Positions 10,411-26,000 of a stretch of 64,000 nucleotides of DNA are shown piece by piece. The position numbers and the translations under genes were made by a program. The stretch lies in NCBI RefSeq assembly GCF_006345805.1, contig NC_042997.1:744001-808000 (forward strand), written 5' to 3'. Under the pieces are notes generated by a model that ran no database searches, was not told where the DNA came from, and worked only from the letters and a program-made list of their open reading frames with translations. The stretch comes from Octopus sinensis (lineage: Eukaryota). Within the stretch, counting starts at the first letter, position 1; every line of letters begins with the position of its first letter.

Positions 10411-12814
10411 TAAAGATGCGCATATAGAAAATTAACTTTTTGTCTTGAAATGTTGGAGTTTGTTTCAGTGATGATGTTGCTGTTCTTGTTATTTAGTGTC
10501 TGCTTTGTGCTATCGGAAAAGTTATCATCGAAGAGTTTTTTTCAGTCGTTATCACCCCCTTATTTATATATGAAGGAATACCTTGCGTTTTCCTTCTTTC
10601 CAACCTGTAAGAATTACATAAATGAGTTGGAATTTATTTGAAATTTTGCAGGACACTGATCGTATGTAGGTACACAACTCTCTGATACAAAACTCACCTA
10701 AGGTTTGGCAATTATTTATTGAAGATGATTTATTTTATAAATATTGGTGCTGAAGAAGGTTACTTTACTAAGCATTTACGACGTTTAGAACGAAGCACCT
10801 CACAATGTAGTGGAATGTGACATCATAAACAGAATTGTTTTTTAGCAGCCCATTAAAAGACGTAGAAAATTTCATATATTGAAGCATCCCCTACCTACGT
10901 ATACGGCGCGTATAGAAGCACAGAATTTAATACAAGCCTTGGTGAGATGCGAATATTGCCTCAGTATACAGTATGGCATTTTCCCAAATACATCTAATCG
11001 TAAAAGTAATTTCTTTTATTCATCAATACTATACTATCTTCTCTCCATAATAACATTCTATTTAGAATGTCATCGCTTCCATTATTCATCATAGCAAAAC
11101 TAATATTCTGAAATGGTCTCTCTCTGTCTTTCTCCGTCTGTCTGTCTCTCTTTTTCTCTCTCTATTGTTCACGTTATAGACGTTCTGTTTAGATTCCTAA
11201 TATCATTAAATACTGTATCATAATATTAGTTCTTATCCCTAAAATGACAAATGGATATTTACTAGAAGCGCAGGACAGTATATGAAAGCAAATGCTTATA
11301 TTTTATTTTAGCGGGTATTTTTAGAAGTAATGCCTCTAATTAGATTTCAACTAGCAAATGTTTTCAGTTAATAAACTTTACGGAGTTTATAGCATGTACA
11401 TTTCTCTTAATACATTCGCCAACGGTACTTATCATTTCTATCAATAAGTACTGCATTATTTATGGCTGTGATTTGCAGTCATATATATTCAAGTGTATGT
11501 TTTTAAGTGCTTCGTATAAGATAATATTTATTTAAATATTATTTCACATGTATTCACAAAATCTTTCAAGGAAATATTTTCTATATATCCATTGGCATCT
11601 TAGATTCGAAGAATAAGTTGCATAATGGTAATACAACAGCTACTTCAGTATAGCTTACGTTACGGCCATTAACATTAAAGCACGAATTTATCATAAATGG
11701 ATTAATTCATATTCATTTTCCCCTATTGAACTGTGCTGCAACGGCTTTCAGGAAATAGCATGAGCGCATTGTTGGTAATTGTCTTCGAAAGAGTAATTAT
11801 CATTGCACTGAAGAGCTTAAGTAGAATTTGTCCCCTAATTACAGATGCAAGAACTAGTAGTATTCTACTTACAATTAGAAGAGGCCCTAGTAGATGTGTT
11901 TCAATATCCAGGTATTGACGTCAATCCTCTCAGCGCAAATTTAGGTGTCCTCTATGTGCTTGAAATTTATTATATATACATTTTCATATCGACACCGATT
12001 TACCAATAAATTCATTACATCCAACTGCCTAATGTTATATTTAAGTAAATTACAAATTTCCACAAGAAACAATATAGACAAGATAGAAGTGACGTTGTAT
12101 TACGTAGACTAGCAAATATTAAAAATAATCTATTATTTATTGTATATTGAAATTTTAAAAAGTGCACAAATATATGTAATTCAGAAATATAACCCATAAC
12201 AAAGTTAACTAGGAGGAGTTTTAAAAGATTTAGAATGAACGAAAAGAGCATGAGTTCCTTCAAAAGCCTTTCATTATTTTGTTTGTTGGAAAATATTTAT
12301 ATTTCACACGCTTTCCTTTATATATCCCTAAAATAGCATCTGATTGACTAGACTGGTTTTCTACAAGACCGAACCACTTTCCAGAATCTGCTCTCACAAT
12401 AACAAAATCCAGTATAAAAAGGGACCTCGTACTGGTTGAAGTATCAACAGCTGATTGCTTCGATCTATCCAGATTTTATGTTTTCTAAATGAGAAAAAAA
12501 AATATATTTAGATTTTAGAAAAAGAGAAATGGTTATTCATATTCCAGATCTATTATCATGCGTTGCACTAAAACTTTTCTAGCCGTGAACTCCGTTTTCA
12601 TAGCTAAATAAAAAAAAATTCTACTCTTGTTTTGACATCTGTATGCAATGAAATGAAATCAATTAGCAGGATTAATCTTATATTTTTGTAAGTTCAGACA
12701 ATACGCGAATGTATGACAGCGAAATGCATTAACATGCAGTCATAAAAACAGGTGAAGCAGTCTCGTTTCTAACATTGTAAATATTGAATAATCTTTGGAA
12801 TATGATTGAATATT

Positions 12815-12873
<59 letters not shown>

Positions 12874-13639
12874 TTATTCTTCTCCATATAAATTTGGATA
12901 TTAAGTGTGCTTGAAATAATGTTCAACATGGGAGGCACAGTTAAATTTGAAGTATAGTTTTTAATAAACATTATTTGATAATAATGCTGTATGCCATATG
13001 ATAAAAACCAAACACGAGCACGGTTCTTTAATGCAGCCGAAATTCCAAAATAAAGACTAAATATTTTATCTAATTTCTTACATTTTCGCCCAATCAGAAA
13101 CCTGTGAATATACACGTATTTCGATGAGATCAATCTCTTCCTTTCTCCCTTTACATCCCTAAAAACTTTTTCTTTAACTTGCTATATTTTTCTTCCAATC
13201 ATATTATATAATTATTAACCTCAACTACTTTATCTGTCCTATGTACTCACAGAGCCATATAAGCATGTATTTCACCCATAGCAAGAAGTTACTCTTTAGT
13301 ATCGGCAGGATTTTATAGCCACGTCGAAACAATTTATGACTCGAATCAGGTGAGTCACTCGGATATGTAAATATCTAGTACAGTGTTGAGAGGCTACTGA
13401 GTCTTCTAAACCAACGATGTTACTGATGATGTGATCATAAAACAACATAGTCTTCCTAAGTTTTATTTGCTTTAACAACAGAACTTTGCCTCGGAGAACA
13501 TTGAGGATAGACCTTTCTAGGTAAATATTTGGAACAATCATAGTGTCATATGCTTCAGTGTCTAACTTTCAAAAATAAGACAAATTCTCTGCGTATATTA
13601 CATTCCCATTATCAATTTCGAACGGCATGGAGGCAATGT

Positions 13640-14045
13640 TTTTACTTGTTTCACTCATTAGACGGCAGCCATGCTGGGGCACCGCATTGGAAATATTCTT
13701 AGTCGAATGAATCGATCCCAGTTCTTAGTACTTGTTTTTTAACAGCCTGATAGTTATTCTGTCGGTGTCTTTTGTTGAACCGTTAATTTACGGTGACGTA
13801 AGCATATCAGCACCGGTTGTCAAGCGATGGTGCGGGACAAAGACGGACATTCAGACTGACACACACACACACATATGCACATGCATACATATATACAACG
13901 GACTTCTTTCAAGTTCTGTCTACCAGATCCGTTCAAGGCTTTAGACGGCGCAAAGCTCTAATAGAAGACACTTGCCCAAGATTGCACTGCAGTGGGGTTA
14001 AACCCGGATCCTGCGCATGGGTAAAGAAATTTATCTTTCATCGCC
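13640..14045 (-). mobile_element. SINE family A, old degenerate copy
   Basis: Colinear similarity to the reverse complement of 43070-43535 (ttttacttgtttca, ggttgtcaagcgatg, agaagacacttgcccaag). Confidence 0.8.
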
Positions 14046-16349
14046 ATTCTATGTTTACTTAGAAGCGAGTTTTGCTAAACTTGTCTGTTCTTAGTCATGT
14101 ATCAGTTACCTCAACGCAATGAAAACTTTCTTTAAATGAAGCTTATTGCACTTAAATTTAGAAAAACCCTCCAGCCAACTTTGGAAATAGAATACTCTAA
14201 TGAAGTTCTATACCTGTCACCCGTTTCTTATCCCATGGATGGAACGTCTTGGCACTGTAATACGGTGATTATCACTCCGATACTAATGGCGTTTTCCTTC
14301 GGTAAATTGATAATTTTCTGTCCGTATCTTTTAGTCGTGACTATATTTCTATTCTTATAATACTGACTTTCGTTACATCAAACTTTCGAAACGTAAGCAT
14401 TATCCTTTACAATTTACACTATAACTCTACACTAAACATCAATCGATTCCATGAGTCAATAACAATAATATATATCTTGACAACCATGCACTGAAATGCC
14501 TTTTAAAAATCATTATAAGCATTATGCATATCAAGTAAACTGAACTTCATCGCTTCACACACTATGTTTTACAACAACCACTGATCTCTATAGAAAGTTT
14601 CCAAATGCGTACTCTAACGACTGAGCTTCTTTATTTCTAAAAGTGATTTAGTTCTGATCTGTAGCTGGTCATCTCCAAAACACAAGTGACTCTCATAATA
14701 AACTAATGTATAGCAAACGGTGTTGCTTCAGCTAAGAAATTCCGAAACCACATCTAAAGAATAATGATTATTCGACTTACTGTTAAATACTGACTATTCA
14801 GTACGTTACAACTACTGTAAAGCTATATTATTCTCTCTTTTCTTTATTACTTGCTACTCTGATACCTTAGCCTTCGCAGGTGTCAAACCGCAAACACAAT
14901 ATACCCACAAGTTCCCGCGCAGAACACTTTTTCAGTAATTTCTTCTGACATATTATTACATCCTTCTCTGCATTTGTTTTTGCATACATTGACTTACAGC
15001 ACTCATAAATATTTCTTGAAAACTTTTGTTTGGGATATCCTCGTATGTTTATAACTGTTGTTTCTTTAGCTGTATGTAATAAGCTCTGTTTTGATATTAA
15101 TTTCTAGTCATAGCAAGTGAGTCACGATTTTCGTAGTCATAAAAGTACCTTCAATCGATTTCTTTAGTTTACCCTCCGTTCAGAGCATATTCACCCATTA
15201 ATGCACTTATAAACGCATATTTCAATTCATATGTCTATGCATTAAATTTTCGGCAAATCTGCACGAATTTATGTATATTTTGTGTTTGCTTTTTAGTAGA
15301 TTTGACGAAAAATATGTACTAAACACGTTTTAATATTTTTAGTTCAATCACTTATTTGAAAAAGAAAAAAATTGATGCTATGTGAAAGTTGAACAAATTT
15401 CATGTTGAATGAGATTTATAGAAATTCTATAACTAGGAACACTTGTAGCATATAATTTTTTCGACACTTTTACAAGAGAAACAGCAAATGTATAGCTATT
15501 GGGGATATATGGAAATTGTAAGTATGTATAAATGATGGGAAATTTCCACTGAATGGCCATGGGAACATGTTACTTGAAAATATGCATTGCTGCTATTCTC
15601 GACCACAATAACACTGATAATGAAGCTTTAAATATAAGAGAATAGTTTTACCGTAGGCATTACGGTGAAATTACATTGAAATCACAAACGTCTTGGAAAG
15701 AACAGTAAAAGAGAATTGATGACATCTGGTAGCAAATAAAATACAGTGCGCTTCTCAAGGTATGCTAACACGATCAGTTCTTATTATACCAGTCATAACT
15801 AAGAAATGTTTTCAGTTAAATTATTCCATTAAGTGATACTTTTATCTTTTAGTCTCAAAGAAAATAGTGTTCCTAATCCGTTACAGAATCTTTCAGACTG
15901 TTGGTTGTGAGAAAGATATTTTCACATCAAAAGCTTTTGCATTAGAATAGACTCCACTAAAGGCACACAAGAAACAAGGTGATACTGCAAAATAAGGCCA
16001 CGTATTAAGTCGCCCACCCAAGAGAGTCATAGCGAAATTTGAAATGAGAACACTCAGGGCCAGAACAAATACCACTAAAAACAACTGGTCTGGTTCTTAC
16101 AATTCTCCTATCGCTTCTTGGATTGGTTCATTTTTCTATCCCGAAATTTCTACGTAAAAGAGCAATATAGTTTCAGTGGCACCAAATTCTTTTTACAGTC
16201 GTCACATTTTCATCAGATAGTTCTGACTGTAACCACACAAAGAAATCGTTGATATACTGTGTTTCCATGCTAAGTTTCACAGTCTGCATAAAAGAGAAAG
16301 AAAACACAATATACCATCCAGAAATACAAGTATTTCAACAGATTGAAAA

Positions 16350-16640
16350 ATAGGAACTAGATAACATTTAAGTAGCCTCACTTAGCTTCCACCATGGCCT
16401 CAAAAAGGCTACAGAACCTGGCGAGTACCTTTCTCACAGGGTGTCTGGCAAAATCTTCGAACGCCTCTTTGATCTTTGCTACTCTCAGACTTGATGCCAC
16501 ATGCAGAGTCGTCTATGTCTTTCCCAACTGTGTATCGGACATAGTAATTCATGGCCAGAATTGGGGCTGATGAATCACTTTTTGGCTCTTTCATAGTCTC
16601 TGTTGCAGCTGTCTTACATCCTTAGCAGTATTCACAGAGC
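16350..16640 (-). pseudogene. Tc1/mariner transposase C-terminal relic
   Basis: Multi-frame translation gives MNYYVRYTVGKD and AKIKEAFEDFARHPVRKVLARFCSLFEAMVEAK. These resemble the PLDYYVW...V.KAC.RF.SRLEAVVEA end of Tc1/mariner transposases. Confidence 0.45.
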
Positions 16641-19388
16641 ATTGAACAAGTGTCTCAATTACAGCTTTAGTTTTTATGCTGCCCCACGCCATTGACTGTT
16701 TATCAATATATCAATGAGTTCCCGAAAAAATAGGAGGCATGCAAATCATCAAGTTTAGCTCCAATACTATATAAAATTGTATAACAAAGATATAAAATAA
16801 AATGTTAAGTAGAGCGATATATGTGTATTTTAAATGCTTACTATATCTCTACGTCGTTACAACTGTTTTAGTTTCAACATAAGGTCTCAGATGTAGCATA
16901 GAAATTATAACTCCAATAGTTCTGATTCTGCCTTAATTAAAATCTATTGTTGCATTTTATTGACCATATGCCGTATGAATTCTTCAAACTCCATATGAGT
17001 GCCACTGTTTCAAGATGTCATGTATAGACTGTTACTTTCTTAACACAAGTTGCGGTTTATGAATGGAGAACTAATATAAATCCTATTGTACATTATATAG
17101 CACCAATTTGAGACAAGAGAACAAACATAAATTAGGCTCATTGAGAAACACGAACGACTGTGGAACTGATTCCATAAAATAAAGCTTGCATTCTGTCTCC
17201 TCTATTTAGACAATTTATATTTTTCTGATATTTTGACTGTACTGATAATTCAGTACTTCATCTACGTATCACTAACGGGATGAGCTATTTTAGTTTTGTC
17301 CATCATAAATCTTTCGATGTTTACAACAAGAAATAAACACACGAATCAAATTATAAACTAAATGCTAAGTCTTTAATGTAAATGACATTAGACGTTATCA
17401 GTATCAGTTTAAGACAGCTAAAAGAAACAAAATCTCAGCGGAATTTCATAGGTATCCCTCTTCCTGGGCTTCTGTGATAAAGTATATGAATCTGTGATTT
17501 GATTCAAATCAAGTGTTCAAGTGTAAGCGAAGTATTAAAACAGTCCTATAATGGATGTAAGATTAATTGCATTACTGTTTTGTAATTAAGCTTCAGTAGA
17601 TATGAATTGAGTTTAAATTGTGACGTATTTCGTTATAGACACCTTACGCATCAAGTCATTATGTTTCATAGACTGTAACATTCCATTATGTCTGTCATTT
17701 TACAAAAGGAAATTTAGCACACGAATTCAATGGTAGAGAAATACGTAAATACAATACATACATAATCAGGAGCACATATATTTAAGTATAGATAATAATA
17801 TTTTTACAGTAAGTGTTATATGTTCATTATATTCAAATAATTGCATATAGGAAACAAGTTCAACTCAGTATATAAAGAGTAATGTGCTGTAATATTGATT
17901 TTTCTGTTTCGTGAAAAATATGAACATTATTTTTTCAGTTGCATCTTTGCGATATGATTAAAAAGAATATTTTGGAGATAATGTACAGACAGAAGCAATG
18001 TGTAAACATTTATATATGAAAATGAAGCGCGTTCACTAAGTGATGAGCTATTTTGATAAGATAAGTCTATAGTGTTCACAGGAAGACCAAGGTTCAAATA
18101 TGCATTTAATTTTTGAATTTTCTCAAACTAATGTGAATATCACAGTAAATATTTATTCATGAGTACATTTTGGTATCGCAACAGTCAAAGCATCATGGAG
18201 AATCGAAAGCAATCGATCATGTTCGATACTAAGTGATAGCTATATTCAAAGTCAGAAATGGTAGCTATATTTTAAGAAATGTTATAGCTAATAATGATAA
18301 AATACATCTTAAGATAGGTTAACCTTTGGTGTCTTTCTCTCGAAATATGGTATAGCTTATAATGCAAATGAATTCCTTAATTATAATGATCTATGTATGC
18401 ACGATACCTTGATAACAAGAATCCCGTTATTTGCGAGTTCAATGCCCTTTAGGAATATGTTCCAAGTCCTGTCCTCTGATAAATCAGTCCGGTGTGGAAA
18501 TCTAAAAATGCATTAGATATCCCCTCATTCTGAATCTATTGAAATGCTATATAGTTTGTTGTTATCATTCGATGCAACGAAATAGTAAGATATCTTACTC
18601 CCGTTCTGAATAAAGTAAACCGTGAATATTGTTGCTACACATATTAACAATAACATTATTAATATTATGGTCAATAGTGCCAGGAAGAATATATAATCAT
18701 CATTTAAACATCTGTAATCTTATAATAAATCTGTTGACGGCAGATAAATATTTAATTAATAGTCGTATGGAATCATACAAAATATAGATTTTGTATTTAT
18801 GAGTATTGTAAACTACAATGAAGCAAATCTATCCCAATTAGAAAGCTAATAAAGTTTCATAGATTATAATAATACTAATTGTTATTTTGATGCAGATAAC
18901 TTTGCTGTTTAGCATTTTATGAAGGATATTTGAACTGTAAGTATTGTATTAATCATTCATTTTAAGACGTATGCATTATTAATCATTCATTTATTATTAA
19001 TACAAATTATACTTCGTGTACTTGTAACATAGTGTCGTTGTAGTAGAAGAATGTCAACCCATATTTTATATAAATGGCAACATGATACATCTCACAACCC
19101 TCCCACCTACAGTGAAGAGTATAAACTTGAATTATGTATGTATATATATATATATATATATATGCATGAATGTATGTATGCATGCATGTATGTATATACA
19201 TATCCTCAACTCCCACACTGCCATTACTCCAACCCCTATTCTCTTCTTCCTCCTCTCGCCTCCCAGTTTTCCACTGCTTCCACCATCCCTCCCACATCTA
19301 ACTCATCTACCCCTCCCCATCTCATTCTGTTTTTATCCTTCCTCCTGATCTTCCTGGTTCTGGAAATTCAATATCACGAGTGTATATA

Positions 19389-19424
<36 letters not shown>

Positions 19425-19499
19425 TGTATGTATGTATGTATGTATGTATGTATGTATGTATTTATGTATATATGTATATGTGTGTGTTTGTATGTTTTG

Positions 19500-21436
19500 T
19501 TTAATATATGTATTCTCATGCATATAGCTGCATGTCTAGACATGCCCATATATACTAAAATAATAAACATCTGGAATGTTTTGCAAATTTTTATAGTGCC
19601 ACTGATGTTTTGGACCTAGACAGTGTGTTACACATCCCGGTGCTACAACAATTACAGATATAAATCTGAACTCGTAACCTGGGTACAGTAATTGTAGAAT
19701 ATCTTCATTGTTCGGCGTAGGTATTTTCTTTTTCACTGACGTTTATCTTTATGTTAACATCCGCTGGGCAACTGATTTCCACAACTGTACACAGTTTCAC
19801 TTCTGTATCCCAAATCATTATGTCAGGTATATTATATTTACATATTCTTGAGGTTTTTACCGTAACATTCCACCAGTACTCCTTATCATGAGTAGCTATG
19901 GCTTCCATCATAATGTAGGTTCTTATTTCTTTGGCTTCAGGGTTATATCTCAGACAGATCTCATTATAGAGTGTCTTAGCCATAACGTCATGTGTCTTAG
20001 GCAGATCATATCGCTATGATATTCTCAGACAAACGTTATGATTTGGGTGATGTCTTCGGTGCTGACACCAGAAAGTCCCAATCGGCTGTCACATTTTGCT
20101 ATTTTCCCTGCATCTCTGTTCCTTTTTTGCATCAGGTATTTGGTTGATATTTCTTGTTCTTAGATTGTAGACGCATACCCTTCAAAGAGGGAAGCATCAA
20201 TCCGGTTGCTGGACCATGATAGACTGCTTTGATGATCAATGTTATTATCATCTCGAAGCTTTTTTTACTAACATGTCCATGCATGCTCTTCTGCTCATAT
20301 GCTCTCATCCTTTCATCTCATGATACGTTGCAGTAGATTCGTGCAACTTCTTTGGGCATGTATTTAAGGTTATCAGACAAGAAGTTGCTTAAGATGTTGC
20401 TTCCCAAGTCTCATGATGTTATTAGCCACCTGTATATAAAGTTGGTCAGGGGATGCATTTCGACATTTGGTGATCAAAAGATGTTGCAAATAGGATACAA
20501 CATTGACAGGCAGTTTGTAATGATGTTAAACCTCTGCCTCCTTATTCTCATTTTAGGTTGGTTCGCTCTAAAACACAGTTGAAGCGAAAATTATACGAGC
20601 TGGTTAGCATTTTCCGGGTTTTCACATCAATAGTTCATCGAGCATTCAATCAAGTATTCAGAATGTTGGTGTGAGTACTAGCACAGCAAACACATTGTGG
20701 GCCTCTGTTTTAATGAATGCAGAGAGTTCCTAGGTCCATATTTCCTTTATTTGGCTGTAATATTCTTTGGTGACACCCGTCTTGCTGCAGGTGCCATCGT
20801 AAGATATGGTTTCATCCACACTTAGGTACCTGTAACAGTCCTCATCAGATACAGGGGAAACAATTAGGTCATTGATGGAGAAGTTGTTAGATTGGTTTAC
20901 AGTTTTCCCTCTTTATACAACCACATAGCAACATTTATCCTGACCAAACTCAAACCCTATATCCTTTGAGACTGTTGTAACCAGGTCGAGACGCTTTTTC
21001 ATCTCATGCATATTCTTTGCATATAGTTTCAAGTCATCCACAAAGAAACTGTGTAATTTTGGTATTTCTGTTTCCTCGGAAACAAGTGAGATATCCTTCA
21101 GACATCCTTAACAACAGCGACAAGGGGTTTACAGAAAGTATGAACGCCATAATAAAGAGGCTCCCCTGTGGAATATACCTCTGCGATGCTGTATTTTGTT
21201 AGAGATAATACAATCACTCCTTGTACTCAACTTCAAGATGGTAGCCCACGATGAAGTCTGGTCAGTTATGATTTTGACAATGCACACTAGAACTTTAGCA
21301 AATAGAAGGGGTTCTAGCGTCCATTAATGGGGAACAGATTCAAAGGGTTTCTTGTAGTACAGACACATTGAATGGTGTTCCTCCTGTGCTCCCGCGCCTC
21401 TGTCATTACAGTGTTATTTATTAACAGTTGCTCAGT
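19500..21436 (-). mobile_element. R4-clade (restriction-like endonuclease) non-LTR retrotransposon, 5'-truncated and degenerate
   Basis: Minus-strand remnants in order: TEQLLINNTV...YKKPFESVPH, FFVDDLKLYAK (RT), FGQDKC, a decayed CCHC region, then YWWN...PDIMIWD..CTVVEISCPADVNI...KENTY (PD..D/E.K endonuclease; ORF 19705-19983). Confidence 0.85.
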
Positions 21437-22470
21437 ATGTATGTGTGTATGTATGTATGTATGTATGTATGTATGTATGTATGTATGCGTGTATGCATGT
21501 GCGTATGTGTATGTATCTATCTATTGATCTACCAAACCACCTACCTACTTACCTACCTAACTACCTACATACATAAATACATACATACATACCTACCTAC
21601 CTACCTATCAATCTATCTATCTATCTATCAATCTAGTTATCTATCTATCTCTCTATCTTGTTAACTATCTACTTATCTATCTGTCTAGCTATCTCTTTAT
21701 CTATATATCCGTCTTTCTATCTCTCATATATATTTCATATATATATATATATAAGTGTGTGCATGCGTGTGTATACATGTGTGTGTGTGTGTATGTATGT
21801 GTTTTCATGTGTAACTTACCTTTTTGAGAGATAAATTCTTATTATTTTGAAGTCATCTAATTTTCTTTGTGTGCCGTTAATAGATACCACTATGTAGCTG
21901 CTTACTTCCCGTTGCTAACAGTGACACATTTGGTTAATTTAGATTTATTTCTTGCATGGTATTCATCGATTTATCGTTACAAATATTTCTTAAAATATCT
22001 ATGTATACAAAAACAAAAATTCAGATTTCAAAACTTCACTTAGTGAAGAGAGCAGTTACAGAAAGAATAGTAAGAAGCACCTACCATACACAATGTAAGC
22101 TATGTTTCGAAGAGGTTCAAGGTGATTGTATATGTTGATTGTTATCTACTGATTATGTATCATATATATTTTTATGAACACTTGACTCCCGGACATACGT
22201 ACGTGCACGGAGTAGGATATACATCTTACTACTGCTGTCAAAATTTCCTTCATAAAATATATATGATATTCTGATTAACAGCGTCATGTGATTCTTCAAT
22301 TAATGTTGATAAATTTATGTATATATAGAAAACAAACCTTAATATATACACAAACATGCAAGCGCACGCACGCACAAATACGCACATGCATGCATACACA
22401 ACATACACATACTCATATAACTTCAGGCAAATATCGATAAATATTTATACGTTATACATACATTGATACA

Positions 22471-22584
<114 letters not shown>

Positions 22585-22987
22585 TATGGGCGTTCGAAAA
22601 TCGATTGATGCTGTTCATCATTTCGTTTTTCAATCTACGAAAAATATGATTAAAATTGGCCTGCTTGCACTTCAGCTATGTAGGTTTCAACATATGATAT
22701 TATATAGTACGTCGATGATGTGTGGACTCAGATCCCCGTTGACAGGCATCTCTTATTAAATAAACTGTTAAACACTTGTGGTGTTCAAATTGATAATTTC
22801 AGTTCTCTGTTGTTACTGGATTTGTTGAGCATATAAACAGATCGGATGTTTATTTCTCTGAGATTTGTCAAATGGGGTAGGCACCTCTGACGTGAACTCA
22901 ATAAAATTCCAAAATTCATTAACATTGTCCATTGTTTGTAATCTACGGAGATGTGAAAATTACCATTCTTGCATTCCTACTACATGG

Positions 22988-23079
<92 letters not shown>

Positions 23080-26000
23080 ATATATATACATTCATACATA
23101 TATACGTATATACAGCAAACGTGGCGTTTAAACAAAGTATATATTCAATGTATTCGTGATCGATAGTATATAGTTTTATATATTATCGGTCGCCCATACA
23201 TAGTAAATGTGCTCTGTGTATACGCCAAGTTTGCTGTGGGATAGCGTCCAGAGAAAGCTCCCTACATGATGCCAAAGAACACCTGAATGCCACAAATCAG
23301 GCGAGATATTAGCAAATATACTTCCTTCTTTTATATATAATCACAAACTTACAAGTCACTTTGACTGAAGATGATCCGAGTTTATGGTATTGAAAAGCTA
23401 CGATAATGGCATAACATCAGTATCTACCATGCTACTGATTCCGAGGCAAGTGGTCTTACCAGGTCCGTAGACATCAAATGTTCTTTAACTGTTGGGGAAT
23501 TCCTCTGGGTGCTAACCCACATCAAATTTGGCGTATTCACAAAACATACTATGTATGTGCGACCGATAATGTTTACAGTATTGGAGATGTTTTTTTATTC
23601 ATAATATTACATACATACATGCATGCATACATACATACATACATACATACATACATGCATACATACATAAGGAAATAAAGAATATTTGTCCACCAATGTA
23701 GTGTTGGGCATCCATTCCCACCATTCGATATTAGAGTATATATAAGTTCGTTTTAAAAGTAATATGCCAATAACTCATTACTCTAAACTTGATTTTTTAC
23801 TAGATTCATCGAGTTATCAGCTTCACGCATTACACCAGACATGAAAAGCTAATGTAAATTACTTATTATATTTTATTCTATTTCAATTGTAATTTGGGAG
23901 ATTGGAGTGCACATTTACAGATCTAGTTGCATTTATGTTTTTGATGTTTGGAAACTTTCTGCAGAACTTCTGTGTAAAAGAGCACGGCTATATATAAAGA
24001 GTGAATTTACTTTGATCACTTCTGTCTTTACCATCCTTTTGGTGCCTTTTATTCTCATATATTTTGACAATCCACTAACCAACTGATTTAACTAAAAATA
24101 ATATTCCGAAGGTACCGGCCATCTTTTTCTACAGAATAATGAATGAAGGATATTAAAGTGTGAACTTATGAAAGTATGCATCTAAGTATAGATGCAAAGA
24201 AAAATGTATCAAAGCATAGAACGAAGCCATTGATTGTGGAATCCACTTAGTCGCAAAGTTGCAGTGAATTTGAAAACTGTACACGTGTGGATATGGGATC
24301 CTGGTTCGTTACGCATGCGTAAATTGTTATTGTTCCCGGCTTCTTCATATTCCATGGATCTTATTCGTCAAGGATAGAAGTCAAATATTGATGTTTGGCG
24401 ACTGTAAACAAGTACTACGCTTCTTCGTGTTTGGATGAGAAGTCAGCCTTGGCTGAATAATTTTCATAGTCAGCAGAATTGTGAGAAGTATTTAATCCTA
24501 TTTTCTCTTTATATTTCTATGTGCATATTCTTCTGTTTCACATACTTTGCATGGATGCCAGTTATATGAATAAATTGAACCGTGATGTATATATACAAAT
24601 TCATATGTATTTTTATGTAAAGGTATTAAATATATTTATATATCTATGCAGTTACTTAGAAGTCGCTCACCTATACGTCATGTGCTGTTTTCCACTCTGC
24701 GTTGATACTTTCGTGTGAGTGATTACAATTGTGTATATTTTCACTGATTGACTCCGTAATGAACCGTTCTTTCTCTTTCCTTTTTACAAATATTTACTCA
24801 CCACCCTGTTCCGAATATCTCTCAAACTTATCTACTTTTGTTCCCCTACCCTCACAGCTGTACTAAATATATCAAATATATTTCAATATCTGTAATATTG
24901 GTATTAATAATTGTTTGTTTCCTCTCTGTTTTTCTCACACATTCTGTCTCCCATTCTCGCTGTTAATCTAGCGTATGTCATTCAGCTTTCAACAACCAAG
25001 TATTCTGAATGCCAATATCACCCATCAGGTTATACTCTCTCATCGCTTGAACGTGCTTCAAATTTACTTACCTAGAAAAAAAAGAGTTCTATTTTTTTTA
25101 TCATCATAATAATTATTCGACTGAAATATGTAGGGTCTGAATTAATATTGTAAGAGAATCAGTAAAACTAAATGTACTACTAGCAGTGTTATATCAACAC
25201 TGGTTAAAAATTCCTGGACTAAAAGGTAATGGGAGGTATCATTTTAACCACATAGAGCCTATCCCAACTCAAAAAAATCTACAAAATAAAATAAGGCGTG
25301 ACATTAATTTGTGAATACGTAGTCCTTGAAAAGGCAAAATACATTGACATATATGACTATGTAGGCACCTATAACCATTGGGTAATATGACATCACTTTA
25401 ATATCAAGACTATGGTAATATAAGCATATATTAATCTGTTTGAATGCCTGTAAAGGGGCAGAAAAACATAACATATTTATAACAGTGAACGCAGTCGAAA
25501 TCTGAACTACATTCATTTTCAGTATGAATTAAAATTTGGATATTCATAATTGGAGCATTCATATAACGTTAACTAATCTTGTAACTCACTCTTTGAAATC
25601 TTTTTGCATCGGGAAATTTGCATATTTGCATCCGTTTTTCTCTATTCAGAACATTATTTTACAGTGTTGTTTCATTTTACTGTGCGCATCACAAATTCGT
25701 GGTCTGGTGTCCAATTACACGAAAATATGGAAACCTTGCACTAATCCAGTTGGTTGATTTACTGAAAAGCCTGTCTAAGTATGATGTGTATGTCATGTTG
25801 TGCTGTGACCGTGTCTGTATTATGGTATATTGTAAATATAAGCAATACATATTAGACAACTTAAAGTGCCTGAGCAGGTAGACACAAATTTTACACCTCA
25901 AGCAATACTTGTGTACACCCAAAATTGTATTCTATTCTTCCACTGACAAGAATGAAGTCAGTTTCCTAACTCACTCCCAATATTGAAGAAGACCAACCAA

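Noticed and set aside
11733-11918. SALLVIVFERVIII loosely resembles GPCR TM3 (E/DRY region)
   Set aside because: Only one weak motif, with no flanking TM segments or splice support; compatible with chance.
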